Below, one piece after another: positions 18,783 to 28,755 of a stretch of DNA of 64,000 nucleotides. The notes beneath the pieces were generated by a model. The model was not told where the DNA came from, ran no database searches, and saw only the letters and a list, made by a program, of their open reading frames with translations. The stretch covers positions 4,704,001-4,768,000 of the forward strand of contig OZ242320.1 of the NCBI GenBank assembly GCA_965208125.1, written 5' to 3'. The position numbers and the translations under genes are program-made. Position 1 is the first letter of the stretch, and each line of letters opens with the position of its first letter. The stretch is from Candidatus Latescibacterota bacterium (GTDB lineage: Bacteria > Latescibacterota > UBA2968).

Positions 18783-19257
18783 ATCTATTCTCTTATGCGT
18801 TCTTATGTGGTTGATATCTTGTAGCCAGCACTATGAAGAAGGAGCACATCCGCCGCCAAAGCCTCCTCCTGCTCAAGCCACAGAGGATAGAGAGGAGCCT
18901 CAGGCATCAGATGCTGTGGTTTCGGGGACAATTCGACTGGCCGATGGGCTGGACGAGCGCGTCGGAATTAATGCTGTGCTATTTGTTATTGCGCGACCGG
19001 CACCTGTTGGTGGGCCACCGCTGGCCGTGAAGCGGCTTGGCTTTTCTGATTTTCCCCTTTCTTACACGCTCACACGAGGGGATGCGATGATTGAGATCGA
19101 CTGGTCTGAGATCGATGCGTTGTACGTTTCTGCAAAAATTGATGCAGACGGACGTGTGGGTGGTTCAAAAACAGGGGATATGGAGGGGATTTATCCGCAA
19201 AATCCCGTTGCGCCCGGGGCCGTGGATGTGGATATTTTGATCGATACGGTACATTGA
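18775..19257 (+). CDS. Lipoprotein resembling the C-terminal periplasmic domain of CcmI/CycH
   Basis: Lipobox LISC; LFVIAR...GGPPLAVKRL...FPLSYTL...DAM...SAKIDADG pattern. Confidence 0.65.
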   Translation: MRKSILLCVLMWLISCSQHYEEGAHPPPKPPPAQATEDREEPQASDAVVSGTIRLADGLDERVGINAVLFVIARPAPVGGPPLAVKRLGFSDFPLSYTLTRGDAMIEIDWSEIDALYVSAKIDADGRVGGSKTGDMEGIYPQNPVAPGAVDVDILIDTVH

Positions 19258-19260
19258 ATT

Positions 19261-21000
19261 ATGAGCTACACGGTGATTCATGCGACACACGAAGCTGTGC
19301 GTAAGGCCGGTGGTATCGGGACTGTTCTCGATGGCTTGATGACTTCTTCTGTGTATCAGAGAGCTGTGCGGCGATCTTTTCTCGTCGGTCCGCTTTCGCG
19401 CCCAGAGGATGAAGATCTCCTTGCGGAAAGTGGCGAGGTGCTTTTTTCGACTATTTCCGGCGTGCAAAATGCGGATTGTGCCGACGCGCTCAATCGCGTA
19501 GCAGAGCGGTACAATGTCAATATTGTTTATGGGATACGCCGATTCACAGGTGGATATGAAGCCGATGTGTTGCTCGTTGATGCCGCAGATATCAACCCGC
19601 GAAAGTCCCGCAATTTTAAGTACAATCTCTACCGGCATTTTGGCCTTACGTCTGACCGATACGATACGATTGCCGATTACGCGCTGTATATCGACAGTGC
19701 GGAAGCTATTTACGACGCTGTTATCGCGTTGATTGGAGAGGCATCTGGGCCGCATATTGTGCTGGCTCATGAGTATATGGGCATGCCTGTTGCACTCAAA
19801 ACTATTGCGGAAAATGATCCGCGCTTTCGGGCGATTTTTTACGCACATGAAGTTTCAACGATGCGCGGGATCACAGAGGGCAACCCGGGGCACGATGTGA
19901 TGTTTTACAACGCGATGGCGCAGGCACTTGCGCGGGACGAAGTGGTTGAGGATGTATTTGGAGATCAATCCGATTATTATCGGTACGCGCTGGTTCAACT
20001 GGCGTCGCACTGCGATGGTATTTTTGCCGTGGGTGATCCAACGTTCGAAGAGCTTCAGTTTATGGGTTTTGAAGCCCAAGCGATAGACCTGGTTTACAAT
20101 GGGATTCCGTCTGTGCAGATTTCTTATGCGGAGAAATTACAGTCTCGCACGCGCTTACGGGATTACGCACGGAATTTGCTCGGATATGAGCCAGATGTGG
20201 TAATGACTCATGTCACGCGCCCGGTGATTAGCAAAGGCTTGTGGCGTGATTTGCTCGTGCTGGCACATCTCGATAAATTGTTGGGGGATAAGGGGCAGAC
20301 AGGTATATTTTTTGTGCTTACAACGGCTGCGGAACAGCGTAGTTCGCAAGATGTTGAGATTATGGAGTCCGAATACGGGTGGCCGGTTGTTCATCAGATA
20401 GGGCCGCCCGATCTGGTTTCAAATGAGGTGGATATCTGGCGAGATATCGAAGCGTTTAACCGCGAGTCTGTTGCCATTCAAGCGATTTTGGTCAATCAGT
20501 TTGGATGGGATCGGGCAAGTTGCGGGCAGCGCATGCCGCAGGATATGGCATTTGTGGATTTGCGCCAGGGCACGGATGTCGAATTTGGACAATCAATTTA
20601 CGAGCCGTTTGGCATTGCCGTGCTCGAACCTCTGACTTTTGGCGGGCTGTGCGTGCCGAGTAGTGTGTGCGGGTGTTGCGGATTTTTGAATCGCGTAACA
20701 AAAGAAAAACCAAATTCTCTCGTTGTTGTGGCCGACTATACGGCGGATGTCACATCGGAAAGTGTTACATCTGTCCGTGCAATAGGAGAGTTTGAACGCC
20801 GCATTCAGGAGGATAAAGTGGCAGAAAAAGTTGCGTGGGATATTGCAGATGCGCTGCCATCGTCGGATAGAGAACGCGAGGCGCGATTGCATTCGGGTTA
20901 TAAGTTGGCCGCACAAATGAGCTGGGATCGCGTGTGCGAAGCATTTTTTTCCCCCGGTATAGAACGCGCAATTTCCCGTCGATCACAACGAAACGTTTGA
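19261..21000 (+). CDS. GT-B glycosyltransferase resembling GT3 (eukaryote-type) glycogen synthase
   Basis: HEAVRKAGGIGTVL (cf. EV.NKVGGIYTV); LAHEYMG; YNGIP; SIYEPFG. Confidence 0.65.
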   Translation: MSYTVIHATHEAVRKAGGIGTVLDGLMTSSVYQRAVRRSFLVGPLSRPEDEDLLAESGEVLFSTISGVQNADCADALNRVAERYNVNIVYGIRRFTGGYEADVLLVDAADINPRKSRNFKYNLYRHFGLTSDRYDTIADYALYIDSAEAIYDAVIALIGEASGPHIVLAHEYMGMPVALKTIAENDPRFRAIFYAHEVSTMRGITEGNPGHDVMFYNAMAQALARDEVVEDVFGDQSDYYRYALVQLASHCDGIFAVGDPTFEELQFMGFEAQAIDLVYNGIPSVQISYAEKLQSRTRLRDYARNLLGYEPDVVMTHVTRPVISKGLWRDLLVLAHLDKLLGDKGQTGIFFVLTTAAEQRSSQDVEIMESEYGWPVVHQIGPPDLVSNEVDIWRDIEAFNRESVAIQAILVNQFGWDRASCGQRMPQDMAFVDLRQGTDVEFGQSIYEPFGIAVLEPLTFGGLCVPSSVCGCCGFLNRVTKEKPNSLVVVADYTADVTSESVTSVRAIGEFERRIQEDKVAEKVAWDIADALPSSDREREARLHSGYKLAAQMSWDRVCEAFFSPGIERAISRRSQRNV

Positions 21001-21042
21001 TGCTTTGAAGCGTGTAAAGAGCTGACTACTATTTTTATCCAT

Positions 21043-22230
21043 ATGAGTAATAATATGATGAAAAAACGATTTTTACTGGTTTTTGGAGTCGTGGCATGTC
21101 TCGCCGGTTGTAATACTGAAAAGCGCAATCCATTGGGCGAGGGCTTTGTTGGACGCGATCCCGGCGATACGGTCGTATTGCCCGCTATTCCGCTAAAATC
21201 AGCGCGGTCCTTTCATTCTCTGATTTTTCCCACTGTGATGGGGGAACAAGAGGAATTGCTGGTCGGGCAGATGAATGGGTTTTTATTGCGCAGTCTGTTG
21301 CGTTTCAATGTGCCAGATGAGTTTTCTGGCGGTGTGCCACCGGGTTTAATGATAGATTCCCTGCGCGTCAATCTGGGTATTCGGTCGGCGCGGTTGGTCG
21401 AAAATGCATCGTTGATCGCATTGCGGCCCGATTCGCCATGGGAAGAACTTCAAACCTATGTCGATACGCTCTCGCTGGTCGAGACCGAGGTGCTTGCGAC
21501 GCCGATCCCCGATGCTGTGGCGCAGGTGTTTGCAGATCGCGTTCGGATTGATTTGCCCGTGTCGCTCTTGAAAGATGCGATAGAATCAAGTTCTCTAACT
21601 ATGGAAATTTTGTTGCAACCCGATGGAGAGGCACCTTTTTTGTTGGATATTTTTGCACGTGAAGCTACTGATATTCGTGCAGATGCGCCGATTCCCGAAT
21701 TGGAGGCGGTGTACCGAGTAGGAGATGTGACAGAGCGTGTAGCTGTTCAGACCGATGCAGACACCTATTGGAGTGCGCGGGTCAATGGCGGTCCCTCAGA
21801 AGATCTGGCGGTTCTTTCCGAGGGTTTGTTTTACGGCAGTGTTTTAAATTTTGATCTGCCCGATATTCCGCAAGGCGCGACGATTAATTCGGCCAAATTA
21901 CAATTGGATTTTGATCTGGATCGTTCCTATTTTTCATCTTTTCCCATTGAAATATATGGACTGAGAATTGCAGAAGGAGATACCTCATTTACGCGGTATA
22001 ATGAGCGGTTGCTTATCGAACCGGCGACAATGACTTACACAATTAATCATACTTTGATTCAGGCATGGATATCAGGTGTGCGATTAAATCATGGCCTGGC
22101 GCTTTCGCCTCTCAATTTTACTTCTTCAACAGGTTTACCCGCGCTTTTAAATTCGCCTCCGCTCATCCGATGGATTGTGTTGAAAGATGTGCGTTTGAAC
22201 CTTATTTACTCTCTTCCTCCAGGATTGTAA
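21043..22230 (+). CDS. Hypothetical lipoprotein (DUF4270-like context)
   Basis: Lipobox LAGC; RSLLRF; FDLPDIPQGATINSAKLQL beta-rich motif. Confidence 0.6.
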   Translation: MSNNMMKKRFLLVFGVVACLAGCNTEKRNPLGEGFVGRDPGDTVVLPAIPLKSARSFHSLIFPTVMGEQEELLVGQMNGFLLRSLLRFNVPDEFSGGVPPGLMIDSLRVNLGIRSARLVENASLIALRPDSPWEELQTYVDTLSLVETEVLATPIPDAVAQVFADRVRIDLPVSLLKDAIESSSLTMEILLQPDGEAPFLLDIFAREATDIRADAPIPELEAVYRVGDVTERVAVQTDADTYWSARVNGGPSEDLAVLSEGLFYGSVLNFDLPDIPQGATINSAKLQLDFDLDRSYFSSFPIEIYGLRIAEGDTSFTRYNERLLIEPATMTYTINHTLIQAWISGVRLNHGLALSPLNFTSSTGLPALLNSPPLIRWIVLKDVRLNLIYSLPPGL

Positions 22231-22231
22231 T

Positions 22232-23395
22232 ATGATGCGAATAATTCTCACTTTGGGTTTTATTTTTGCGCTGGTGTTGCCAGCTTGCGCCAATACAATT
22301 TTTTCTTTTTACGGCGTTGGCGATCCAGTCAGACGCGTCGATGCGCGGTCTCGAAGTATGGGAGGCGGTGGTCGATCGCTGGCTGATGGGCTAAATTTTT
22401 CATCCCACAATCCCGCATTATTGGGGGCTTTCCGCAGGGCGTCCGTGAGTGTGCAATTTATGGCTCAACACCGATTTTTGAATGGCGAAAGCGTCGTAAA
22501 TGACGGGGATGTCGGGGCTTTTCAGATCGCGCTACCTACGAGACATGGTCCTGTTTTGGGTGTGGGGCTTGAACCGCTTACCGATATGGATTTCGGAGCA
22601 ATAGAAGATCGCGGCACAGGTGATTTGAAGTACCAATTGGAAGTGGAAGCGACTGGGGGTATCCAGGCTATTTCTCTGGGGCTGGGACATCGGATTGGGC
22701 GCAGAATTTTTGTTGGAGGGCGTATAAATTGGGTGGCTATGGGGACGTTTAACGAGTCCTGGATCAAGAATTTTGACAATGAAACGGTCTTCTTTTCTCG
22801 CGATGAAATCACGCGCACCCACCGCGGATGGCTACCTTCATTTGGGATTATCTATACTCCCACTTCACAGTGGAGCTTGGGCGCGAATGTCGATATAGGA
22901 GGCAGTATCAAGCAGCGTCAGGTTCAAAGAAATCGTTTTGTGGAACAGCGCGAAGCTGTTGAGGTCAAGACGGAAAGCGATGTGGAATTTCCCCGAGAAT
23001 TTGGGGTGGGAATAACGTATCTGGCTGGCTATCGCTGGCTGGCGTCGATCGATGTTTCTCGAGGGCTGTGGCACGCGACAGGGGATGGACGGTTTGATAC
23101 GTGGGATGTAAGTGCAGGGATGTTGTGGCGCGCAGGAGACCCCGATGTACTGGTGCGGAGCCGGCGCTTTGAACTCAGCGCGGGTTTGCATTATCGATCG
23201 CTTTATTTTCCGACGACCTCTGATAGCCAGATTAACGAATTGGGAGCCAGTTTTGGCATGGCGTTGCCATTTGTGAATAATAGCGGTCGTTTTCGCTATG
23301 TGCTTGAGGTGGGAAGGCGCGGCGATCGCTCAAAACACGGCGCGTCAGAACGGTTTATTCAGCACTCTTTTTCCGTAGTTGGTCTTGTAAGGTAG
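22232..23395 (+). CDS. Outer-membrane beta-barrel protein (FadL/PorV-like)
   Basis: Signal peptide; FSFYGVGD..RSRSMGG...NPALLG; alternating beta-strand pattern. Confidence 0.7.
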   Translation: MMRIILTLGFIFALVLPACANTIFSFYGVGDPVRRVDARSRSMGGGGRSLADGLNFSSHNPALLGAFRRASVSVQFMAQHRFLNGESVVNDGDVGAFQIALPTRHGPVLGVGLEPLTDMDFGAIEDRGTGDLKYQLEVEATGGIQAISLGLGHRIGRRIFVGGRINWVAMGTFNESWIKNFDNETVFFSRDEITRTHRGWLPSFGIIYTPTSQWSLGANVDIGGSIKQRQVQRNRFVEQREAVEVKTESDVEFPREFGVGITYLAGYRWLASIDVSRGLWHATGDGRFDTWDVSAGMLWRAGDPDVLVRSRRFELSAGLHYRSLYFPTTSDSQINELGASFGMALPFVNNSGRFRYVLEVGRRGDRSKHGASERFIQHSFSVVGLVR

Positions 23396-23411
23396 TTTGC
23401 GGCAGGACAGT

Positions 23412-24593
23412 TCAAACGGCCTGTGTTCGGCGCCCGAGTGCTCGGATACGGCCGTTTTTGATTTTTTGAATAATTTGATCGGATAGAAGGTGAAAAATAG
23501 GCAGACCAATCCCCGTGCAAATAAAGTACGGGGGAGCTATTTCGGGCGCAATAGATTCAAAGCATACGATTGCAAGGAGGCCCTGCGAGAAGAGCGGAAG
23601 CCAGGCTTGAACAGGTTGCGAGGTGAAGTGCCTACATAACAGACCACCTACAATTTTGCCCAAAATCAAGGCTGTGATCAGGGCATAAAAATGAGGCGGT
23701 ACGGAGGGCATTTGCCAGTCTAAAATAAGGCCACTAACATAGTGTGCGAGGGCAAAAGCAATCAGTGCCTCTGCATTTGGTGGGCGCGTATTGGGCCTCA
23801 GTCCGCGTTTGGTGCGCAAGGACAATGCAAGGCCTACTGTCCAGGCCAAAATAAGGGGCTGAATCCAAATGTACCACGAAGCAAGCGCGATCAGGAATGA
23901 CAGGGCAAACCAACTCGTAAACTGGCCTGTGGGAGTGTGGATATGTTGCAGCCAGCGATGCACGAGTTCAATGCCAATAACTCCGATCATAACAGTCAGT
24001 GCGATATCGGCGGCAAGATGGAGGAAGGAATCGAACCCGTCATTCAGGATGAATTCGACGCCAAAAATAAGCCCTGTTAAAAAGAGCAAGCAGAGACCAA
24101 TTGCCGTAACACATAAAGAAAAAGGCCATGTATCTCGCAGGTTGTGTTCTGTGCGGTCTAAAAATATGGGGGCTGAGATGCCTGATAGGATGGCAAGTTG
24201 CAAGGTGGTAACTAAGTGGAGGTCGAAAAAGATGAGTACTGAAAAGGTTGTGAAAACGGGGGCTGCATACAGGTAAATGCTACCCGTAAGCAAACGCTGA
24301 TTTGCGAGGATAGGACGGGAGAGCGATGTGCCCAAATAAAGGCCGACCCAGGCCATTGCGATATCTGCAAAAGGTTTCATACTCTGGTGACTTTCAGCGG
24401 TTGTAATAGGTGCGAAGCCAATGGCGAGGCCCGCGGCAATCATGCCCAGAACATCGGGCAATTTGGCGCGATGAGCCAGTCGCGCACCCACGATAGAGGC
24501 CGTCATCAGAAAGCCGACCCAGACCATTTCGGGGGGTGATTGGAGCAGCCAGATAAGGATACCGATACCAAGTATTATGCAAAGAAGGCGCAT
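23412..24593 (-). CDS. Polytopic membrane protein, divergent cation:proton antiporter-like
   Basis: About 12 hydrophobic segments; KLPDVLGMIAAGLAIG; LILGKIVGG. Confidence 0.55.
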   Translation of the reverse strand: MRLLCIILGIGILIWLLQSPPEMVWVGFLMTASIVGARLAHRAKLPDVLGMIAAGLAIGFAPITTAESHQSMKPFADIAMAWVGLYLGTSLSRPILANQRLLTGSIYLYAAPVFTTFSVLIFFDLHLVTTLQLAILSGISAPIFLDRTEHNLRDTWPFSLCVTAIGLCLLFLTGLIFGVEFILNDGFDSFLHLAADIALTVMIGVIGIELVHRWLQHIHTPTGQFTSWFALSFLIALASWYIWIQPLILAWTVGLALSLRTKRGLRPNTRPPNAEALIAFALAHYVSGLILDWQMPSVPPHFYALITALILGKIVGGLLCRHFTSQPVQAWLPLFSQGLLAIVCFESIAPEIAPPYFICTGIGLPIFHLLSDQIIQKIKNGRIRALGRRTQAV

Positions 24594-24603
24594 GGAAATC
24601 GTC

Positions 24604-25821
24604 TCAAGTTTGAGATTGTGGTGAATTAGTGGGTGGTATGAGTATCATTTGACTCAGAAAAACAGCAATTACGAGTCCCGTCATAAGCGTGTAGTGCTGA
24701 AAGTCGAGGAGGTAAATGGCTTGTATACCAACAGCGATACTCAGCGTGCCCTGAGGGTGCCAGCTCATGGTGAGCAATTCGCGCCAGGTCTGCGGTATTT
24801 GCCAGAAGGTTTGGGAGACCGTAAAACCGATTGTGCGGCCCATTCCACGCACGAGTATCATTGTGAGGGCAAGTGGAAATAGAGGTGACCAGAGGAAAAA
24901 GATATCACCGCCAAATTCCCCTATTATTGAGCCGATCAGAGCAAAAAAGATCGGCTCAATAACATCATTTGCGCGTGTTGTAAATTCGATGACCTCGCGT
25001 TTTGCCACAGTTGTGTTAATCAGCCAGATACCCGCCAGAAATCCCACAGCAAGAGATGGTAGGCCCGGTGCTTGGCACAAACCAGAAAGGGCGATCACAA
25101 TGCCCAGGACGAGACTTAGTGCGCGAGCACCCGTGCGGTGGCTGCGAAATGAAAAATCGAGCGCGATGCCTCCGACCACGCCTGCGCCGAGCATGAGCAG
25201 TGCAATACCAGTTGCGCCTATAAATGGCAAGCTTCCCAAATAAAAAATGGGATTTTCTGCAAGCGGAGGAAAAGCGATGCACAACACAGCCAGGGCAGCG
25301 ATATTGCCAAGTGGCAGATTTTGACTCGGAACTGGGTTTGGTATAGGGCGGTTAGGCCATTGGAAAAAAGGTGTGGGAAAGCGTGCAGTAAGAGCGAAAC
25401 TGGTGAGCAGGACGATGGCGAGGGGTAAATTTTGGAGCAATCCGAGGTAGCGATAAAGTATCAAACCACTGGCGAAGGCCGCAAGGACAGTGAATCCGCC
25501 TGTGGCGAGTACAACGGCTGCTTGTGAGTAAATCACTGAGATCCCCTGCTCTCGCAGATTTTGGTGGTCTGTAGATAGGCCTGCTTGCAGGCCAATCCAC
25601 AGCAAAATAGCGCCGATGCAATTGTACCGCACCACTTCAAACAGGTGAAACACCTCATCGGTTTCAGAAAAAAACATCCCTACGAGAACACCGAGGAGTA
25701 AATAATGTGCTCTGCCTATTCGCAGACTATCTATCAGCGGGTGGGGCGGCATCCACCGAAAAATTTTTTGGCCGAGAAAAAAAGCACCAAAACCGACAAT
25801 TAAGCTAAAAATAAAGGCCAT
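24604..25821 (-). CDS. Polytopic membrane protein, cation:proton antiporter-like
   Basis: About 12 TM segments; YLLLGVLVG, LLWIGLQAG, EPIFFALIG and PQGTLSIAVG. Confidence 0.6.
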   Translation of the reverse strand: MAFIFSLIVGFGAFFLGQKIFRWMPPHPLIDSLRIGRAHYLLLGVLVGMFFSETDEVFHLFEVVRYNCIGAILLWIGLQAGLSTDHQNLREQGISVIYSQAAVVLATGGFTVLAAFASGLILYRYLGLLQNLPLAIVLLTSFALTARFPTPFFQWPNRPIPNPVPSQNLPLGNIAALAVLCIAFPPLAENPIFYLGSLPFIGATGIALLMLGAGVVGGIALDFSFRSHRTGARALSLVLGIVIALSGLCQAPGLPSLAVGFLAGIWLINTTVAKREVIEFTTRANDVIEPIFFALIGSIIGEFGGDIFFLWSPLFPLALTMILVRGMGRTIGFTVSQTFWQIPQTWRELLTMSWHPQGTLSIAVGIQAIYLLDFQHYTLMTGLVIAVFLSQMILIPPTNSPQSQT

Positions 25822-25869
25822 CAAATGCCTACACTTTAAGGATAACAGGTGTCGTCTTTACTGCGGTGG

Positions 25870-25898
25870 ATTATACTTTTTTCCAAAGTTTGGGTCAA
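25870..25898 (-). promoter_or_regulatory. Sigma70-type promoter for the membrane-protein pair
   Basis: TTGACC (25898-25893), 17-nt spacer, TATAAT (25875-25870). Confidence 0.75.
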
Positions 25899-25920
25899 GA
25901 GCGAAGTTGACGACCTGCGC

Positions 25921-25949
25921 TTGACAGTCATAAAAATATAGTGTATAGT
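25921..25949 (+). promoter_or_regulatory. Sigma70-type promoter for the rsbW-like/hpf/hprK operon
   Basis: TTGACA (25921-25926), 17-nt spacer, TATAGT (25944-25949). Confidence 0.75.
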
Positions 25950-26067
25950 CAAGATTGAGTTGTAAGAGATGGAATTTGAAAGAGTCCCTTCCCCATAGTT
26001 CTGCTAATGTTATGCTGTGCGTGGGGGCGGATGGCCGGGTACTGATAGCACAAATTCTGGAGGCCCT

Positions 26068-26514
26068 ATGTCCAATTCATTACCTCAGGTGCTAATGCAC
26101 AGTGCCCCAAGTTTGTACGAGCATCTCGACGCATTTGCCCAGATTGTTGAGTCGGCCGTTCAGATAGCAGGCGCTTCAGAAGATGAGCAAGTTGATCTGA
26201 TGGTTGCTATCATGGAAGCTCTCAACAATGCGATTGATCATGGCAATGGGGAAGATGCTTCGAAGAAAGTACATCTCAAGATCGATATCCACCCCGCTTT
26301 CATCACGGTCTGGGTACAGGACGAGGGAGGAGGTTTTGATCCCAATGCCGCACCTGACCCACTTGCGCCAGAAAATCTAATGAATAATTCCGGGCGCGGG
26401 CTTTTGATGATGCGTGCGTTTATGGATGAAGTGGATTTTATGCCCTCTCAGAAGGGTACACTGGTTAAAATGATCAAGTATTTTTCCTCTAAGTCGTCAC
26501 CATCTCACTGTTGA
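26068..26514 (+). CDS. Anti-sigma factor / Ser-Thr kinase, RsbW-like (HATPase_c_2)
   Basis: EALNNAIDHGN, VQDEGGGFD and SGRGLLMMRAFMDEV; GGAGG RBS before 26068. Confidence 0.88.
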   Translation: MSNSLPQVLMHSAPSLYEHLDAFAQIVESAVQIAGASEDEQVDLMVAIMEALNNAIDHGNGEDASKKVHLKIDIHPAFITVWVQDEGGGFDPNAAPDPLAPENLMNNSGRGLLMMRAFMDEVDFMPSQKGTLVKMIKYFSSKSSPSHC

Positions 26515-26524
26515 GGAGGATGCC

Positions 26525-26839
26525 ATGCAAATTGTCATTTCTGGACATCATTACCATGTCTCGGACAGTACGCGTGCCCATATTAAAGCTGCTGTCTCTC
26601 GGTTTGAGCGATTTTATACGCCAGTGCTGGGTTGTCATGTCACCATTAAAAAAGAGGAGCCTGCCTTTCGCGTTGATATTATTGTCAATGTGCATGGACA
26701 AACCCTCAAAGCTTCCAACACTGGCAGTAAGCTCTTTCCCGTTATTGATGGTTCGGCAAAGAAGATGATCCGACAATTAAAGAAACTTCGCGACCGACGT
26801 AGAAAACCTCGCGTTATTTCTGGTCTAAGTGGGGTATAA
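26525..26839 (+). CDS. hpf: Ribosome hibernation factor / ribosome-associated inhibitor
   Basis: MQIVISGHHYHVS...KKMIRQLKKL, S30EA family pattern. Confidence 0.88.
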   Translation: MQIVISGHHYHVSDSTRAHIKAAVSRFERFYTPVLGCHVTIKKEEPAFRVDIIVNVHGQTLKASNTGSKLFPVIDGSAKKMIRQLKKLRDRRRKPRVISGLSGV

Positions 26840-26842
26840 GCC

Positions 26843-27811
26843 GTGCCACAGATTTCTATTGGCAAGATGTTAGAGGATTATGGTGACCAACTCTCGCTTT
26901 TGTCCGTTGCTGGACAGGAGGGGATTGGCAATACACTATCTACCAGCGATGTCCATCGGCCTGGTCTCGCACTTGCGGGTTTTCTCGGTCTTTTTACTTT
27001 TGACCGCGTTCAGGTTATGGGCAATACGGAGATGCTCTATCTGTCGAGCCTTGATCCCGACGTTTGTCGCCAAACTCTTGAAACCATTTTTCAGTTTGAT
27101 ATTCCCTGTATGGTTATTACAGACGGTAATGAAGTGCTACCCGTGATGGTCGAATTGTCCAATGCACGGCAAATTCCCCTGCTGACCACACCGTTTGCAA
27201 CTACCAAGTTCGCCCACCTTTTTTCTTATTATCTCGACGATGTATTTGCACCGCGAACGGCCATTCACGGTTCGCTGGTCGATGTATATGGCATTGGACT
27301 ATTATTTGTTGGTGCAAGTGGGATTGGAAAAAGTGAGATTGCCGTTGACCTCGTTGAACGCGGGCACCGATTGGTCGCGGATGATGTCGTGCTCGTGTCG
27401 CGCAAGTTACAAGGCATAATTGTAGGCAGCAGTGGAGAAACACTGCGCGATCATATAGAAATACGCGGTCTTGGCATTTTGAATGTCCGCAATATGTTTG
27501 GTGTACGAGCCGTTCGCATGCAAAAGCGCATTGAGGTTGTTGTCAAGCTCATTAAATGGGATGAAACCGCGGCGTACGATCGCATTGGGCTCGATGAGGA
27601 TTGGATCTCGATTCTCGACCTCGAGGTGCCGCAGGTTACAGTGCCGATATATCCAGGGAAAAATATTACGGTGATTGCTGAGACGATTGCTCTGAATTAT
27701 CAACTCAAAATACAGGGCTATCACACGGCACAAGAATTCAATCGTCGCCTTGTTGAGCGCATGAAAAACAAAATTCGGGACGATATGTCTATTCGCGCGG
27801 ATATCGAGTAA
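26843..27811 (+). CDS. hprK: HPr(Ser) kinase/phosphorylase
   Basis: HRPGLALAG, HGSLVDVYG, GASGIGKSE, HRLVADD and IEIRGLGI. Confidence 0.96.
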   Translation: MPQISIGKMLEDYGDQLSLLSVAGQEGIGNTLSTSDVHRPGLALAGFLGLFTFDRVQVMGNTEMLYLSSLDPDVCRQTLETIFQFDIPCMVITDGNEVLPVMVELSNARQIPLLTTPFATTKFAHLFSYYLDDVFAPRTAIHGSLVDVYGIGLLFVGASGIGKSEIAVDLVERGHRLVADDVVLVSRKLQGIIVGSSGETLRDHIEIRGLGILNVRNMFGVRAVRMQKRIEVVVKLIKWDETAAYDRIGLDEDWISILDLEVPQVTVPIYPGKNITVIAETIALNYQLKIQGYHTAQEFNRRLVERMKNKIRDDMSIRADIE

Positions 27812-27825
27812 CTATGGAGGTATAA

Positions 27826-28752
27826 ATGAAATTAAAGTGTGTCGTCTTATTGTTATTTGGACTCATGGGGTGTGGGGGACAGAGTGCTTTGGAAAGCGAT
27901 GCCCAGCGCATGCTGGCTTCTGTTCGGGATATAGAAGAAGAATTGGACGATTTACCGCAGGCGATTGCGCGGTATGGAGAAATTACAGCGCAATTCCCAC
28001 ACACTGAAGCCGAAAAAACTGCACGCGTGCGCCGGGCGCTACTCGAGCGGGTACAGATGCGCCTGGCAGATCGAGAATCTATTCCGGAAGATAGTATAGA
28101 AGCATTTTACGAGGGTGTGGTCGAGATCGCGCCCGATTATTTTGCCACGTTGAAGAAACTCGGCACAAATTATAGTAATCAGATGCACTTCACCACTCGT
28201 TTTGCGGCCAATACAGGGGCGGTGCAGATAAAAGAGCAAGCTATAGGAATATGGGAGAAGCAAGATCGCATGTGGTCGCGCTACACCTTTCGCCCCATTC
28301 CATCAAATCGTTTCTGGCAGGATCAGTTGTGCAAGGACGCGCTGAATATTACAGAGATGTTAATTGATAAGTCTTTTCGCGAGTACAATCGCGCGCTGGA
28401 TATTATCAATAAGGGATTGGATTATGCTTCGGGCGAGGATGTGATTTCACGAGCCAAAGTCTATGCCGCCTATTGCACGTTTTGGCAGGGCAAAACAGAA
28501 GACTTTGAACAGGGCGTTGCACTGGCAAGAGAGGCTTTGAGCTATGAATTTTTGTCGGATAATAATCGCGCGCGCGCCTATCATGTGATTGGTCTGTGTT
28601 ACACGTATATCTATCAGGATACAGAGGACCTGGCGCATCTCGATGAGGCGATAAAAGCACTCAATGAAGCTGTGAATATTGATGGGAATATGGGTGAGGC
28701 CAAGCAATTGCTCAAAGCATTGCGACAACAGAGAGGAAGAGTAGCGTCTTAA
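27826..28752 (+). CDS. TPR-like helical repeat lipoprotein
   Basis: Lipobox LMGC; ARAYHVIGLCY..AIKALNEAVNID TPR-like repeats. Confidence 0.65.
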   Translation: MKLKCVVLLLFGLMGCGGQSALESDAQRMLASVRDIEEELDDLPQAIARYGEITAQFPHTEAEKTARVRRALLERVQMRLADRESIPEDSIEAFYEGVVEIAPDYFATLKKLGTNYSNQMHFTTRFAANTGAVQIKEQAIGIWEKQDRMWSRYTFRPIPSNRFWQDQLCKDALNITEMLIDKSFREYNRALDIINKGLDYASGEDVISRAKVYAAYCTFWQGKTEDFEQGVALAREALSYEFLSDNNRARAYHVIGLCYTYIYQDTEDLAHLDEAIKALNEAVNIDGNMGEAKQLLKALRQQRGRVAS

Positions 28753-28755
28753 GGT

